This document shows, piece after piece, positions 52,110-64,000 of a stretch of DNA of 64,000 bases (position 1 is its first letter; every line of letters starts with the position of its first letter). Location: NCBI GenBank assembly GCA_030704615.1, contig CM060732.1, positions 69,936,001 to 70,000,000 on the forward strand. Reading direction: 5' to 3'. Source of the stretch: Takakia lepidozioides (taxonomy: Eukaryota; Plantae; Bryophyta). The notes below the pieces were generated by a model. It made no database searches. It was not told where the DNA came from and was given only the letters and a program-made list of their open reading frames with translations. A program made the position numbers and the translations under genes.

Positions 52110-55100
52110 TGATAACGGCTATGCTACGAGGGACAGACAACGAGGGTCACAACGGGACATATCGGGTAGTGATGGACGTACACTACCTGAGCCACAGGCA
52201 GAGACGGCTAAGTACGCAGTACTTAGCCAATGGCGGGACAAGGGTACATTACCACGAGAGCAGTAGTGGGTAGTGTAGTAACCGTGAGCCGTGAACCACA
52301 ATATCACACAGTCACGTTAGCATCGGCTTTAACCAATAGAGGGAGTAGTGGACCATTTACCACTATGGCTCATGACCACTGCAACGAGCCACTTTTTAGC
52401 AAACCTTTTAGGTTGCGTAGGCAGTTAGGCAAACGGTCATTAATGACCGCAGACTGTAACGGCTCTTTCGAGCATAGTATAAAAAGACTACACGCAACTT
52501 AGAGGGTGTGTAGTATGAGTATCAGGGATCAGTGTGTACTTCTGTGATGATGTGACGAGCTCTGAAGTAAAGCCATGTTATTCAAAGTATCTTTGTGTAG
52601 AGTGAATGTGAGATGGAGAGAATGTGCATTATGAGAGAACGTGAGATGGTGAGAATGTGTATCATCTCAGAATAGTTCTTGTTTTCTCTTGATTACCATC
52701 TGCTTGTATGAACCAAGAGGCTTCAGTCCTTTCGACTAAGATCTTTTATGCTAAAGAGACTGTAGATTGGGCTTAATCAATAGGATTAAACAACCTGCAA
52801 GGATATGGCTTCATACGACGTTCATGGTTTAGCTATCCTTAAAATGATTACTTCATAATCGTTTCTGAAAGCATACCGTCGAACAACCTCTGTTGCATGT
52901 CTTAGGAAATGGGCAGTAGGGACACTGGAAACATGAATGCCAGTTGCGAATCAAGCATGAGGCAGAAGTGGGAAATATAGAAGCCGGACCAAGTGTAGCC
53001 GTAAGTGTGGTAACCCCTGTAGTGGATACCCTTGCGGTAACCCGAACTCAGGCCAAGAAACAGAAACCTCCAGATAAGGAGATTGAAGAAGAACGGAAAC
53101 AATATCCAGAAAGTGCAGCATGGCAGGAGGAAAAGAGCTTACACCAGGAAGTAAGTAAAGTCATAGCTCAAATGCAAGAGGGAACCCATATACCTTCTGG
53201 AGAGCCAACTCCAGATAAGCAAATCTGACCAACGATGAAGACCACGAATACAACCACGGAATTAGAATTGGCCGAAGTAATCTGCCAGACCAAGACCCAA
53301 ATTACCATTGGACAATTATTAAAAATTGAAGATGACAAATGGGGATTGAAGGGAGGAGTGATCAGTATTACATGAGCACCTTGGGAATGTCGGATTAGAA
53401 GTGAAGAGTGGTTGTCTCGTCTAGCTCTATTGATTACTCTAATACCAATCAGAAAAGTTTGCTACACTAGTTATATTTTTAGAGAATGATGTTCAAATTA
53501 TGAATATTGTCACACGATCATAGAAGCAGTGGAGTACTGGATACCCAAAGACTTATTGCAAGTCAGATACACTGAAAAAGACAGATGGTATTATTGTGCC
53601 CATTAAAAGTTTGGTGATCAATCAGTAAAAAGGAAAATTAAGTCGTAATACGGATTCTTGCAAGATAGGATAAATCTTGAAGAAATGGTAGAGACACTAT
53701 AAATTTTCTTTACTGACATACCAAGACTGTTTAAAGGGTACTGAAAAGGAATTCTACATATGATGTGGGAATGAATGAGGAAATTAAAGAAAAAGCTAAA
53801 CAAGACAGAGCTGCACGAATAGAGAAATATGCTGCAGAAAAGGAGGCTCGGTTAAGAGAAGAATTCACAGAATTACAGAACTTGAAAATTATTCAAGGTG
53901 AGACATCAAACAGTGATAAACCAGAAGATCATGAAATCGGATCGGTGGGAAGTGGGAACACTACACCAGAAGAAGTTGCCAGTAATGTACTTGGTGAATG
54001 GTTACCACAAGAAAGATTTGAAGGACCTTCTACAATAACAAGCCCAAATCGAGGTTTTGCTGAAATATTAGAAGAAAGATTTGAGAGCATTTTGAGTGAA
54101 GAAGGTGAAAGAAGTGAAAGCACTTCTCCAGAAAGGATAACCAGAACTGCACTCAAAGCTTTTAAAGATTCATTAAGCTTAGTAGGGACAGCAGCTGGAA
54201 GACGACTATCATTGGAACAAGGACCTCCTAGCTTTGAATCACTGTTTGGAAGACAAACACCAACACCACCACAGCCAGCAGCAGCGGGACCATCCCAGTT
54301 GGACAACCAGTTGCACCAGCAACACCAGTTGCACCAACTGCACCGATGGCTTTAGCAGCAAGCAAAACCAGACCACCATTTCCTTTATATGATGGGAAAT
54401 CTGATCCAGATATCCATTTTAATCAATTTGAAAACATGTGCACCATTTACAATGAAGCAACAGACCAAGAGAAGATCCGACTATTTCCTTGTTCAATGGC
54501 CCGGAATTGGCAACTTTCCCAGCCAATCACTTTGCGAATTGGGTGGATATGAGAGCCGCGTTTCAAGAAAGATATAGATCCAACAAATCCTCGTCTGAAA
54601 TCTTCATAGGATTACAGAACCTAAGACAGAAAAAGAAAGAATTGGTAGTCGACTACCTGGAGAGAATGAAGACTCTGATCAGGAAACTACCTCAAGCACC
54701 AGGGGATGATTTGCAAAAATCATGGTTCATCCATGGACTTCGTCCTGAATACGTAACCATGGTTACAGTCATGCCTAACAACACTTTGGCTGAAGCAGTA
54801 GGGACTGCAAAGAAGTTGGAATTGGGATTCCATCAGAGCAGAAGCAAAGATTCCAAGGATCTCTTGGAGGAAGAAGACTCTGATGATGAAGAAAAGCCCA
54901 AGCAAAAGAAGAAAGAAGTTTTTGACAAAACCACTTTGGATCAGAAGATAGCAGAGGCTATCAAGAATTTTAAAGATGAAGGGCCACGAAAGGCAACATG
55001 GTGTCACAAATGCGGGACTGCAGGACACTTGGCAATGGAATGCCATATGAAGGACAAATACTATGATATTTGTCATCTGAACAATCATAATACCAGCCAT

Positions 55101-58100
55101 TGTATTTACAACCAACGGGCCAAGAAGACTGGGTACACACGAGAGGTGGGGGTACACCAAGTCCAAATCCGACGGGGAGGATCGGACAAACCAAGACGAT
55201 ACAATATGGGTAATCATTATCAGAGGCCACGAAATGAATATCCACCAAAGGATAGGGGACATCAACCCAGAAACAAAGAAAGCACGAGATGTCAAGAAAG
55301 ATTTTATGTTGTATTGCTCTTGGTAAACCATGAATTTTTTCCAGGAATGTTTTCCATTCCTTTGCTTCTGTTGACTCGTTTTGTCGTGATTTCAAGAAAT
55401 CACTGAGTAACCATCTTTCTTTGAGTACTTTTGAACTCAATATACCGTTAGTCCCCAGTATGGTTGCCAAATATTAACCGCTGGTTTATGACTTAGATAA
55501 AACAGGCTAGAAAACTTTATTTTGGGCAATCGAGGCATTGACCCCCACACCAAAACAAAAACCAACACCAGGGGTTTACACGATTAAACCCACAACTATA
55601 CGACAAACTCCAGATTACGACGAAGCAATACCTGTAATACAATTACGTATTGGACGGAAGATGGTAACGAATGTACTCATCGATGGAGGATCCGGAGTGA
55701 ATATCATGACAGAAAAGATGAAGAAGTCATTAGGATTGGGGCACATGGAACCTGCTCCATTCATGGTACGAATGGCTGATCAACGAAAAGTACAGTCATT
55801 GGGGATCATCAGACGACTTGCAATGGAAGTAGCAGGACTGATATACGAAATATCAGTAACCATTCTCAGAATAGAGGATGTGGCAGAGGGGTATTCCCTA
55901 CTACTTGGCCGACCATGGTTAACACAAGCCCAATCACACCACGATTGGGCAAGTCAGACTCTCACAATTAAAAAGGGAGCAGAACAAGTCACCATCACAA
56001 CGAAGCAACGAGGTACCATTCCACGAGAGAAACGACCTTGCATAGTGGAAGAATATGATTGGTCCAGTGGACTGTCGGATGAAGAAGAAGCCACAGTATA
56101 CGCAGCACATCCACAGTTGGAACCTATTGGACAATTGGTGGTCAAGCATACCACAATAGTAGGATGTCACATGGTGAACACCCAAGGAGAACCAAATACT
56201 TCGAGAACTGAAGATCCAGAGGAAGAAGCGATGGACACACCTCAACACCCGGCCCGGTTCTATCAAGAAAGGGAAGAAGACATTCAAATCAGTGAAATAC
56301 CTGCCACAATTGCAACCATCGGACAAGAGATTGCAGGATGGACAGTAACGGAAGAAACTCAATTGATTCAAGTGAATCTGGGAACAGTGGAAGAACCACA
56401 GATAATACGAGTAAGTGCAGGTCTTGAAGAATCATTTCGACAAGAAGCCACCGCATTATTCACTGAATACAAGGATGTATTTGCCTGGAACTACAAGGAT
56501 TTGAAGGGTATACCTTCTAACATCTGTCAGCACCGAATTGAATTGGAAGTTGACACAAAACCAATTCGTCAGAACCGTTACAGAATGAACCCCAACTATG
56601 CAGCTAAAGTTTGGGAAGAAATCAAGAAGTTACTAGATGCAGGATTCATTTACCCAGTAGAGACACCACAATGGTTATCGCCCATTGTGATAGTACCCAA
56701 GAAAAATAGAAAACTACAAGTGTGTGTGGACTACCGCAAGTTAAACACAGGAACCAAGAAAGACCATTTTTCACTACCTTTCACTGAAATAGTGTTGGAC
56801 ACAGTGGCTAGACATGAGATGTACTCATTCATGGATGGGTTTAGTGGGTACAACCAGGTACAAATGGCAGAAGAAGATCGAGAAAAGACTGCATTCATCA
56901 CTGAATGGTGAGCATATGCTTACAAAGTCATGCCATTTGGACTTTGCAATGCACCAGCCACATTTCAACGAGCAATATCTGAAATATTCAAGAACTATCT
57001 CAATGATTTTATGCAGGTATTTTTGGATGATTTCAGAGTCTTTGGACATAAATCCAAACATTTGGCACAATTAAAACTTTGCTTACAAGCCTGCAGAAAC
57101 AATGGAGTAAGTCTCAACCCGGAAAAATGTACATTATGTGTGAATTCAGGATTATTATTGGGACACATTGTGTGCCAACAGGGAATTCTGGTAGATCCAA
57201 AGAAAGTGGAGGTTATCCAGAAAATACCACCACAAGAAAATCCCAAGAAACTCAAGAGATTTCGGGACAGACAAGCTATTACAGAAGGTACATGGACAAA
57301 TATGCTCATAGAGCGGCACCAGTCTATAGACTGCTGAAGCAAGATGCCGAATATCGATGGTCTCCAGCTTGCCAGGAATCATTTGATTCACTAAAAAAGG
57401 CACTCACAGCAGCACCAATTCTGATAAATCCAAGATGGGATTTACCATTTCATGTACACGGTGATACATCAGGCATTGCTTTGGGAGCGGTTCTAGCTCA
57501 TAATGTGACATGCACAACATATTCACCAATCTATTATGCAAGCAGATTGTTGACAGCAGCAGAAAAGAACTATAGCACCACAGAAAGGGAAGCATTGGCA
57601 ATGATTTATGCTGCTCAAAAATTTCGGCATTATTTACTTGGCAATCGCTTTAAGTTTATTGTTGATCATCAAGCTCTAGTTCATTTAGCAAATCGACCAC
57701 TAGCTAGTGGCAGGGTTGCTCGATGGTTACTTCTTCATGAGTATGACTTTGAAGTTGTTCATAAACCAAGGAGATTACATGTTACAGCAGATCATCTGTC
57801 AAGGATTACTACAGGAGAACCAGCCACAGGGGTAGAGGATCAACTTCCCGATGCATTTCTGTTTGCTGTTCAACTAGAACCACCAAATGAAGAGACAGAT
57901 ACTATAAATGCTCTAGGAATGTTTCAAGGAGACTATGACCTTCCAGATGCTCTCAAACTCATGGACGACACGGATGAAGAAGAAGATTCATCCAATGAAG
58001 ATGAACCTCTTGATGAAGGACTTATTATTGAAGAAGAGCAAGATCCAGAAGAAGAAGATGACAAAGAAAACGAAGAAACAAATAATCAAGAATTGGCCAA

Positions 58101-58679
58101 TATCAGTATTGGAGCTTATACATTCACCAAAGAAGAATCGGAAGATATTCAGGATCAAGATCAAGATGATTGGCAATGGCCAATCAAATACTATCTGAAC
58201 ACAGGGAAATTTCCTGAAGATTACACCAAAGATGACAGGAGGAAACTTTCAATGAAAAACAAGCCATACACATTAATCAAAGGGATTCTGTACAAAAGAG
58301 GAATTGACTCCATAATGAGAAAATGTGTAAACAAAGACCAAGCCAAAACAATAATGTAAGAACTACACGAAGGAATTGTAGGTGGACACTTCAGTTCGGA
58401 CCTGACAGCAAAGAAAATATTACTAGTAGGCTACTGGTGGCCTACTATATTTGGAGATACTTATGAACACTGTCAACAGTGTGATGTCTGCCAGAGGATG
58501 GGACCAGTAGAACGAACGGGGAAGGGGACTCTGCACCCAATACTACCAACAGAACCATTTCAGTGCTGGGGGCTAGACTTTGTGGGACCCATTAAACCTC
58601 CAGCAAGGTACACACAAAACCAATACATCCTCACAGCCACTGACTACACTACCAAATGGGTAGAGGCCAAGGCACTACG
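52110..58679 (+). mobile_element. Second non-chromovirus Gypsy element, internally rearranged, inserted in the satellite and interrupted by a chromovirus
   Basis: LTR-like sequence from TGATAAC at 52110. gag 53772-55290, protease-RT-RNase H-integrase 55510-58679, homologous to the 32734 element. PBS inverted at 55452-55469. Confidence 0.85.
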
Positions 58680-61600
58680 TGTCGCGCACCTCCCTTCGGT
58701 AAGCTCCCCTTCACGTCATAGTTACTTGCTTTGATGCGCGCGCCTGACTCCCAACTTGGCCGCTGGGCCAACTTGGAGCTTCGGCTGCTCACCGGGACAT
58801 AACGGTCCCCCTTTGCTTCCCACTAAACCCTCCACCTATTTGGGACTAGTGGAATTCCCTTTGGTAGATGGCAGTCCGGAACAGCTCCCCACTCTTTGGT
58901 CGCTTTCCGGCTCGCTCGCTTACTCACTAGTTTTTGGTCACCAACGGGCTTGCACCGTTCTCGGGGTTACTACTCCCCTATATATACTTCTGTAGCTGTC
59001 CGCGGGGGTTTCATAACCAGCCATGCCATTTTATGGCGAACCACCACGAAAACCCTCGACTCCCGGTGATGAGTCGCGGTGAGTCTTGGCCCACTCACCA
59101 CGGCCCCTATGGACCGTGATGAGTCCCAAGACTCCCCACGACTCCCACCACGAGGTCTCCGCCCCCATGGTGAGTCCTATGCCACCCCCACTAAGTCCCG
59201 CTAAGCTACCACCACCCCTTGTGGAGCCACCCCCACCGCAACCCGGTGTGCGGGGCTCCACCTAGTGAGCGCCTCCGCCTCTTTCAGTGCCTTGGGCACT
59301 CAAGGGTGCTTCAGCCCCCATACCTATCGCTGCCGATGCCCCCACCACAGGGGCAGCCCCTCATGTGTCCCGACCCCCTGCCCTCAAGGCAAAGGGCCGC
59401 GACACACACCCCTACCAACAGGGAGTCGATGTCCTCATCGACTTGTCCATTTTGTAGAAACGAACATCCAAGTTGTGGCGTCCCACATCAAGGAGTTTGT
59501 TTCCGCACCATGGCGTCCCATGGCAAAGAACCAAACCCCACACTTGACTCTACTCTCCACTAGCTAGTTCGGCCGACTTCCTCCAAGTCCCGGCGAAGGG
59601 TGGAGCCTCTCCAGCTCCTCCCAGTGCACTCTTCTTGGCCTACTTCAAGGCCAAGGAACGATCCTCCCCGAGGATCGAATCGCCTTACTGCAACAACATT
59701 GCTTGCGATCGCTCATGATGCCGCTTTTGGCATCACCTTGAGCAAGGGTTCCCTGGAACCCTCTTTGACTTGGAAGATAACCTTGAACCAACCGTGCGCC
59801 CCAATCACTACAATTAAGTCCGCCTTGGAATGCTGGCCTGAGGTACGGGAACACGCCGAAGCCGCACTACGACTTCGTCCCGAGGCTACACGATTATAGT
59901 ACGTGAACGGAAGCACGTAGCTTCCGCGTTAGCCCGCACTACAGGGCAACCCCCTCGGTAGCATAGTTATAGTACGCGCACGTTCCAGGTGCGCACTAGC
60001 ACGTGAACTCCCAAAGAAGTCGCAAGTTTCCTTGCCCCTTGGATGGGGGTCACCGATTTCGGCACTACGCAAACACACGATTAACCCAATTTACCTCTCC
60101 CACTTTTATAAGCTAACATGCATTCTACACACTAGCCAACCATACCATGCATCACCATTCCAAACAAAATAGGACGCACAACATTTGGAACCCATTTCCT
60201 TTATAACAAATTTTGTACAATACAAGTTTTTGTAATCGGATTCCTAAGCTAGCTAAGCCGGACTAAGCATGCATTTCCTCCCCCACGCTCCAAGGTTGAT
60301 GTCCCCATCAACGTTTCTTCCGCTTTTGAGGTCGCCCTTCGAAAGCTGCAACCGCCTCGGATGAGTTTCCCATTTCTGAGGCACGCACCCAAGATGCCTC
60401 CACATGATGATAGCCCTTCCATTTGACGAGATACTCCGTTTCTCGGTTCTTGAACCTCCTCGACTTAAGTATTGCCTCCACCTCGTACTCAGGTTCATTT
60501 TCATGATCCAACAGCATAGGTGGCGGACGCAACACTTGATGCCGATTCGGACGCGCTTCATCTTTGAAGTAAGGCTTCAAAAGGGAGACATGGAATACTG
60601 GGTGCACCTTGTTGTTTGCCGGCAGCTCCAATTCATACACATCCTCATTCATAACTTTCCGAATGCGAAAGGGTCCCGCATACGGAGGTACGAACTTCGG
60701 ACTCACTTCCGGAGGTAGTCGGAAATTCTTGATGTTCAACCAGACCTCTGTGCTTGCCTCAAACTTCACTTCCCTCCGCTTCCGATTCGCCTGCCTTTCA
60801 TACCGTTTCCTAGCTTTGGCAATGTTGTACTTTGCGAGCTTCAACAAACGCTCGCGTTCTTCCAGTACCGCCGCTACTGCCGGTTCCTCAACGTCCTGGG
60901 CGGCCCAACTTGTCGGCACCAGAGGTGCTTTTCCATAGACCAATACGAAAGGGGAAACTCCCGTTGCGGAGTGTTCTGTGTTATTATAACAGAACTTTGC
61001 CGCGTCTAAGTGTTCCACCCAGTCTGTTTGGTCTGCCGACATGTAATTCCGCAAGATCTGCTTCACTACGGAATTCACCCTTTCTGTTTGGCCGTCAGTC
61101 GTAGGTCGGAAGGCGGTGCTCATCTTCAGCCTCGTCCCATCTTCTTCCAAAGTGCTCTCCAGAATTTACTCGTAAACTTTGGATCGCGGTCCGAGACAAT
61201 ATCCTTCGGGACTCCATGATGCTTTAAGACGTGGGCGAAGTAAAGTCGCCCTGTCTCCTGCGCCGTTGCCGTCTCCTTGGTGGGGATGAAATGGCCCATT
61301 TTACTGAACCTATCTACCACCACCATGATTGCATCGAATCCTTTTGACAGCGGCATAGCAGTCATGAAATCCATCGAGACGCTTTCCCAAGTCCCCTCTG
61401 GGATCGGCAAAGGTTGTAACAGCCCCGCTTGCTTTTTGTACTCGCTCCGGTTTTGTTGGCATGTGGTGCATGTCTTGACATACTCCTCTGCCTCCTCCCT
61501 CAGTTTGGGCCAGAAATACTCTTTCTTCAAGAGTGCCGCAGTGCGCTTGGCTCCGCCGTGGCCCGCAAGCGGGCTATCATGGCATTCTCTCAAGAGGCTA

Positions 61601-64000
61601 TCTCTGATCCCTCCCTTCGGCACGTAGAGACGTTTTTGCTTATACCGGAGCAGTCCATTTTGCAAGTGGAACTGCGATTTAACCCCCATCCTCAAGTCCT
61701 GCATCACGGACTTCGCCAGCTCATCCTTCCGGCAAGCCTTCCGGATTTCCTTTGGAGCGCCGTCTCGCCCTTGTACACCAACAAGAGCTGCTGCTTTCTA
61801 CTTAAGACATCGGCCACCACGTTGTCTCGTCCCGGTTTGTATTGGATATCCACGTCGAACACCGCCAAAGTATCTTGCCACCTAAGTTGTTTTGGGGACA
61901 ACTTGGGCTGCGTGGCAAAATACTTCACCGTGACATTGTCCGTGAACACCTTCACTGGGTTGGAACCAACATAGTGGCGCCAAAGCTCAAGACAGTGCAC
62001 CACCGCCTTCATCTCTTTTTCGTGCGTCGGCCACCGTCGCTCCACTTCATTCAGTTTCTTACTTTCGTAAGCCACTGGACGTCCATCTTGCATCAGTACA
62101 CCCCCAATCGCGAAGTCCGACGCATCTGTATGTATCTCGAACGGACGATCGAACTCCGGGATTTTCAAGACTGGAGCTTCCGCCATCCGCTGCTTCAATT
62201 CAGCGAAAGCTTGGCCACAAAAGGTGTTCCATGCCCAGACTTTAGATTTACACAGAAGGTCTGACAGCGGCCCCGCAATCTTGGCAAAATTTCTCACATA
62301 CTTCCGGTAATAGGAGGCGAGTCCTAGGAAGGATCGCACTCCCGGGACCGAAGTCGGAGGCTCCCAGTCCAAAATTGCCCTCACCTTCCTGTCATCCATT
62401 TTGATCTCATCCTGTATAATCACATGCCCCAGGAACTCCACTTTCGTGACCCTGAATTCGCACTTTGAAGCTTTGGCGTACAGCTTCCCTTCCCACAACT
62501 TTTGGAACACCCTTTTGAGGTGCTCCAGGTGCTCCTCCTTTGTTTTCGAGTACACCAAGATGTCGTCGATGTACACGATCACAAAGTCATCCAACCACTC
62601 CTGGAAAAGGCTGTTCATCAGCGTGCTAAAGGTCGCAGGTGCATTGGTGAGCCCAAAAGGCATCACCAAGAACTCATATGAACCATGCCTTGTCCTGCAT
62701 GCGGTCTTCTCCTCATCTCCTTCCGCCACCCGAATTTGGTGATAGCCGGAGCGCAAGTCGATCCGGCTGAAATACTTCGCTCCTGCCAACCGTTCGAAGA
62801 GGTGGTCGATCCTTGGCAAAGGGTACCGGTTTTTGATAGTCACCTTATTCAGAGCCCTGTAATCGACACACATCCGTAGCGTCCCATCCTTCTTGTCTGC
62901 AAATAGCACCGGGGCTCCGTAAGGTGACTTACTCGGCCGGATGTACCTCTTTGACATTAGATCCTTGAGTTGAGTTTTCAGCTCAACCAACTCTCTGTGG
63001 CTCAACCGGTAGGGCGCCTTGGCAGGCGGTTCCGATCCCGGTATCACCTCAATCTTGTGGTCAACTCCTCTTCGCGGTGGCAAGCCGCTTGGTAAATCCT
63101 CCGGCATCACATCCTGGTATTTCTCCAAAATCCCCTTGATCCAATTTGGGCTCGGCTCCCCATCGCCTTCTCTTTTCACTTCTCTAATGTAAAGCAAAAA
63201 CTGGGGCTCGTGTGCCTCCTCCATGGCCCACTCCCTTGCTGATAAAATGTTTATTCGCCCTCCCACGGATTTGGGCGTTTCCGACACTCGTAAGACCTCG
63301 CCACCATTCCCACATGGCAGCGTGACTACTCTCTTGCGGCCATCTATGACCGCTCCGGATTTGCTCAAAAAGGTCATCCCCAAAATGAGATCCACTCCAT
63401 CGATCTCGCAGATGGTGAAGTTCTCACGTCCCTCCCAACTCCCCAGTTGAAGAGGAACATCAAACGCCAACCTTGTCGCCATCTGTGGTTCTCCTTTGGC
63501 AGAACGCACCTCAATAGAGGCCCCCACGTCGCTTGTCGGGAGTCCCAACTTTCGCGCCGCCGCCGGCGTCATGAAGGAGTGCGACGCTCCTATGTCCACC
63601 AACAACGACACGTTAGTTCCGGATATTATCCCATCCACGAACAATAACTGACTCCCTTTACGCAGGGCGCCAGTTTCCTGATACAACTCACAAGAATAGT
63701 TGCCTACCTTGCAAGTCCTGGCGACCACCGCTTCCACCAAGCGACTGATGGTATCTTCAGACAGTTCCGTGGTTGCCCGAGTCATGTTCAATTGTCGAGG
63801 CTTCGTGCACTTCTTGGCCATGTGCCCGGGCTCCCCGCAATTGAAACACACTCCATCAAAGGTCGCCTTCTGTCCGCCATAAGCCGCTCCACCCGCTTTT
63901 CCTTTCGAAGCACCGGGTGCCGCCTTGACGTGTGAAGGCCCTCCCTTCGATTTCCACGTGCCATTGTCGCCGCGTGGCCTATCTCACTTCTTTTCCGGTC
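58680..64000 (-). mobile_element. Galadriel-like chromovirus (3' LTR ~58680-60273, PPT ~60276-60285), continuing beyond the window
   Basis: Interrupts the host integrase right after EAKALR with TGTCGCGC. Minus-strand PPT GGGGGAGGAA lies just after the pol stop. Confidence 0.85.
60308..63851 (-). pseudogene. Chromovirus gag-pol (CCHC knuckle, protease, RT, RNase H, integrase, chromodomain) with two frameshifts
   Basis: [60 protein letters not shown] (Galadriel-like), GPF and the chromodomain YEVEAIL...YLVKWKGY. Confidence 0.92.

Noticed and set aside
50168-52266. Several ORFs of 65-183 aa in the satellite
   Set aside because: They are repetitive translations of the tandem units with no domain signature.
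58756-59916. Short ORFs on both strands
   Set aside because: They lie within the GC-rich LTR of the Galadriel-like element and show no domain signal.

Overview
Eukaryotic, land-plant-like DNA (probably a bryophyte, judged only from the TE lineages and intron style). It holds one intact host gene, a six-exon UMP synthase (minus strand, 18565-21634), in a deeply nested transposon field. The field contains a Tcn1-like chromovirus LTR+gag remnant, a Ulp1-protease-carrying MULE, a hAT with TIRs and an 8-bp TSD, and a decayed chromovirus. It also contains a young full-length non-chromovirus Gypsy with extra ORFs on both sides of gag-pol, a scrambled relative of that element, and a Galadriel-like chromovirus. 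The standout is DNA methyltransferase cargo in mobile elements. (1) A Gypsy retrotransposon has a DNMT3-like C5-cytosine methyltransferase upstream of RT and a PHD finger after the integrase. (2) A DNA-transposon-like element with a SWIM exon and an N6A/N4C-type methyltransferase exon appears to have inserted into that DNMT. The two DNMT halves lie 42 kb apart on opposite strands but join in frame across a shared CTC, which implies a large inversion that includes the UMPS gene. All calls are by eye from sequence and translations; no database searches were run.
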